The position numbers were made by a program, and so were the translations under genes. Of a DNA stretch of 64,000 nucleotides, positions 63,592 to 64,000 are shown one piece after another; the stretch's first letter is position 1; each line of letters opens with the position of its first letter. The stretch comes from Bacilli bacterium. GTDB lineage: Bacteria; Bacillota_I; Bacilli_A; RFN20; CAG-826. The notes below the pieces were generated by a model, which saw only the letters and a list, made by a program, of their open reading frames with translations, ran no database searches and was not told where the DNA came from. The stretch lies in assembly GCA_028705995.1 (NCBI GenBank), contig JAQWCH010000003.1, positions 13,385-77,384 of the forward strand, read 5' to 3'.

Positions 63592-64000
63592 ATGTCGCAT
63601 TGGGATGAACCCTTAGTAATAGTTGAAGAGTATATTGTCGCTTATCGTTCAGGTCATGTTGAAGTACTTCAAGATATTCTGGATAGTTTTCGTTGGTTAA
63701 TTATCAAGGAGTCCTATAGTATACTGGAAAAATCGTCATATTCTGGATTAGAAATTCATGATTTGTATGATGTTGGAATGGTAGCGCTTGTTGCTGCTGT
63801 TGAAAATTTTGAATTTGGTAAGTCAGTATTTGCGGGATATGCAAAATTGATTATTGAAAGATCAATGCGTAATTATATTCGCGAATGCTCGACAAACAAC
63901 CTCAATTTACTTAACGCTTCGCTCTCGTTAGATGAGCAAATTTATGGCGATAGCAATTTTACGCTTGCCGATTCCTGTGGGGAAGAAGATCCCTATATAT
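63592..64000 (+). CDS. sigma-70 family sigma factor, SigH-like by synteny (3-prime end lies outside the window)
   Basis: An open frame runs from the ATG at 63592 to the window edge, with AGGAGG 6 nt upstream. Region-2-like sequence DLYDVGMVALVAAVENFEFGKSVFAGYAKLIIERSMRNYIR. It is absent from the ORF track because no stop falls in the window. Confidence 0.7.
   Translation, partial: MSHWDEPLVIVEEYIVAYRSGHVEVLQDILDSFRWLIIKESYSILEKSSYSGLEIHDLYDVGMVALVAAVENFEFGKSVFAGYAKLIIERSMRNYIRECSTNNLNLLNASLSLDEQIYGDSNFTLADSCGEEDPYI

Overview
Hand analysis only; I ran no searches or computations. This is a low-GC, gene-dense bacterial chromosome segment. It uses the standard genetic code: TGA acts as a stop (queT, tgt, queA) and every conserved protein is full length with Trp encoded by TGG. 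The content and style look Mollicutes/Acholeplasma-like or Erysipelotrichia-like. This rests on very large Opp proteins, the absence of L30, extended ribosomal proteins, ECF-type vitamin S-components and TGnTATAAT promoters. I cannot name the organism. Reading left to right, the layout is as follows.

- 1-6.6 kb: a GNAT fragment, a patatin-like lipase, YccF, and a surface-glycopolymer gene set (putative glycosyltransferase, Wzy_C-like membrane protein, lipoprotein, TupA-like ATP-grasp).
- 6.8-16.9 kb: oppABCDF, with a 928-aa BspA-type LRR surface protein translationally coupled to oppF.
- 17-20.8 kb: a more AT-rich minus-strand block holding a Wzx flippase and two GT4 glycosyltransferases.
- 20.8-26 kb: ung, a TPP riboswitch controlling an N-terminally extended ThiT, a Sel1-repeat protein, a hypothetical membrane protein, a DUF402 nucleotide phosphatase, and a YumC-type FNR.
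- 26-30 kb: tsaE-tsaB-rimI-tsaD and asnS, followed by a 54-aa ORF that the track misses.
- 30.3-32.9 kb: three membrane proteins of unknown function and a thioredoxin-fold lipoprotein.
- 32.9-40.4 kb: pcrA-ligA-gatCAB.
- 40.4-43.8 kb: a candidate preQ1-I riboswitch followed by queT-tgt-queA-queH.
- 44-59 kb: the complete S10-spc-alpha ribosomal cluster. It has no rpmD, and no intact infA between map and rpmJ.
- 59-64 kb: small membrane proteins, a PEBP protein, cysS, mgtC-family, rlmB and the start of a SigH-like sigma factor.

I saw no tRNA, rRNA, CRISPR array, transposase or recognisable defence or toxin-antitoxin module, and cannot point to a clear-cut novel system. The most unusual observations are these:

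- A decayed IF1-like remnant sits in the infA slot.
- Several ribosomal proteins carry lineage-specific charged extensions, and the S17 extension overlaps the rplN start.
- The riboswitch-controlled ThiT is fused to an extra membrane domain.
- The LRR protein is embedded in the opp operon.
- A split Wzx/Wzy-type glycan gene set includes a TupA-like ATP-grasp.
- The S10 operon has a structured leader.
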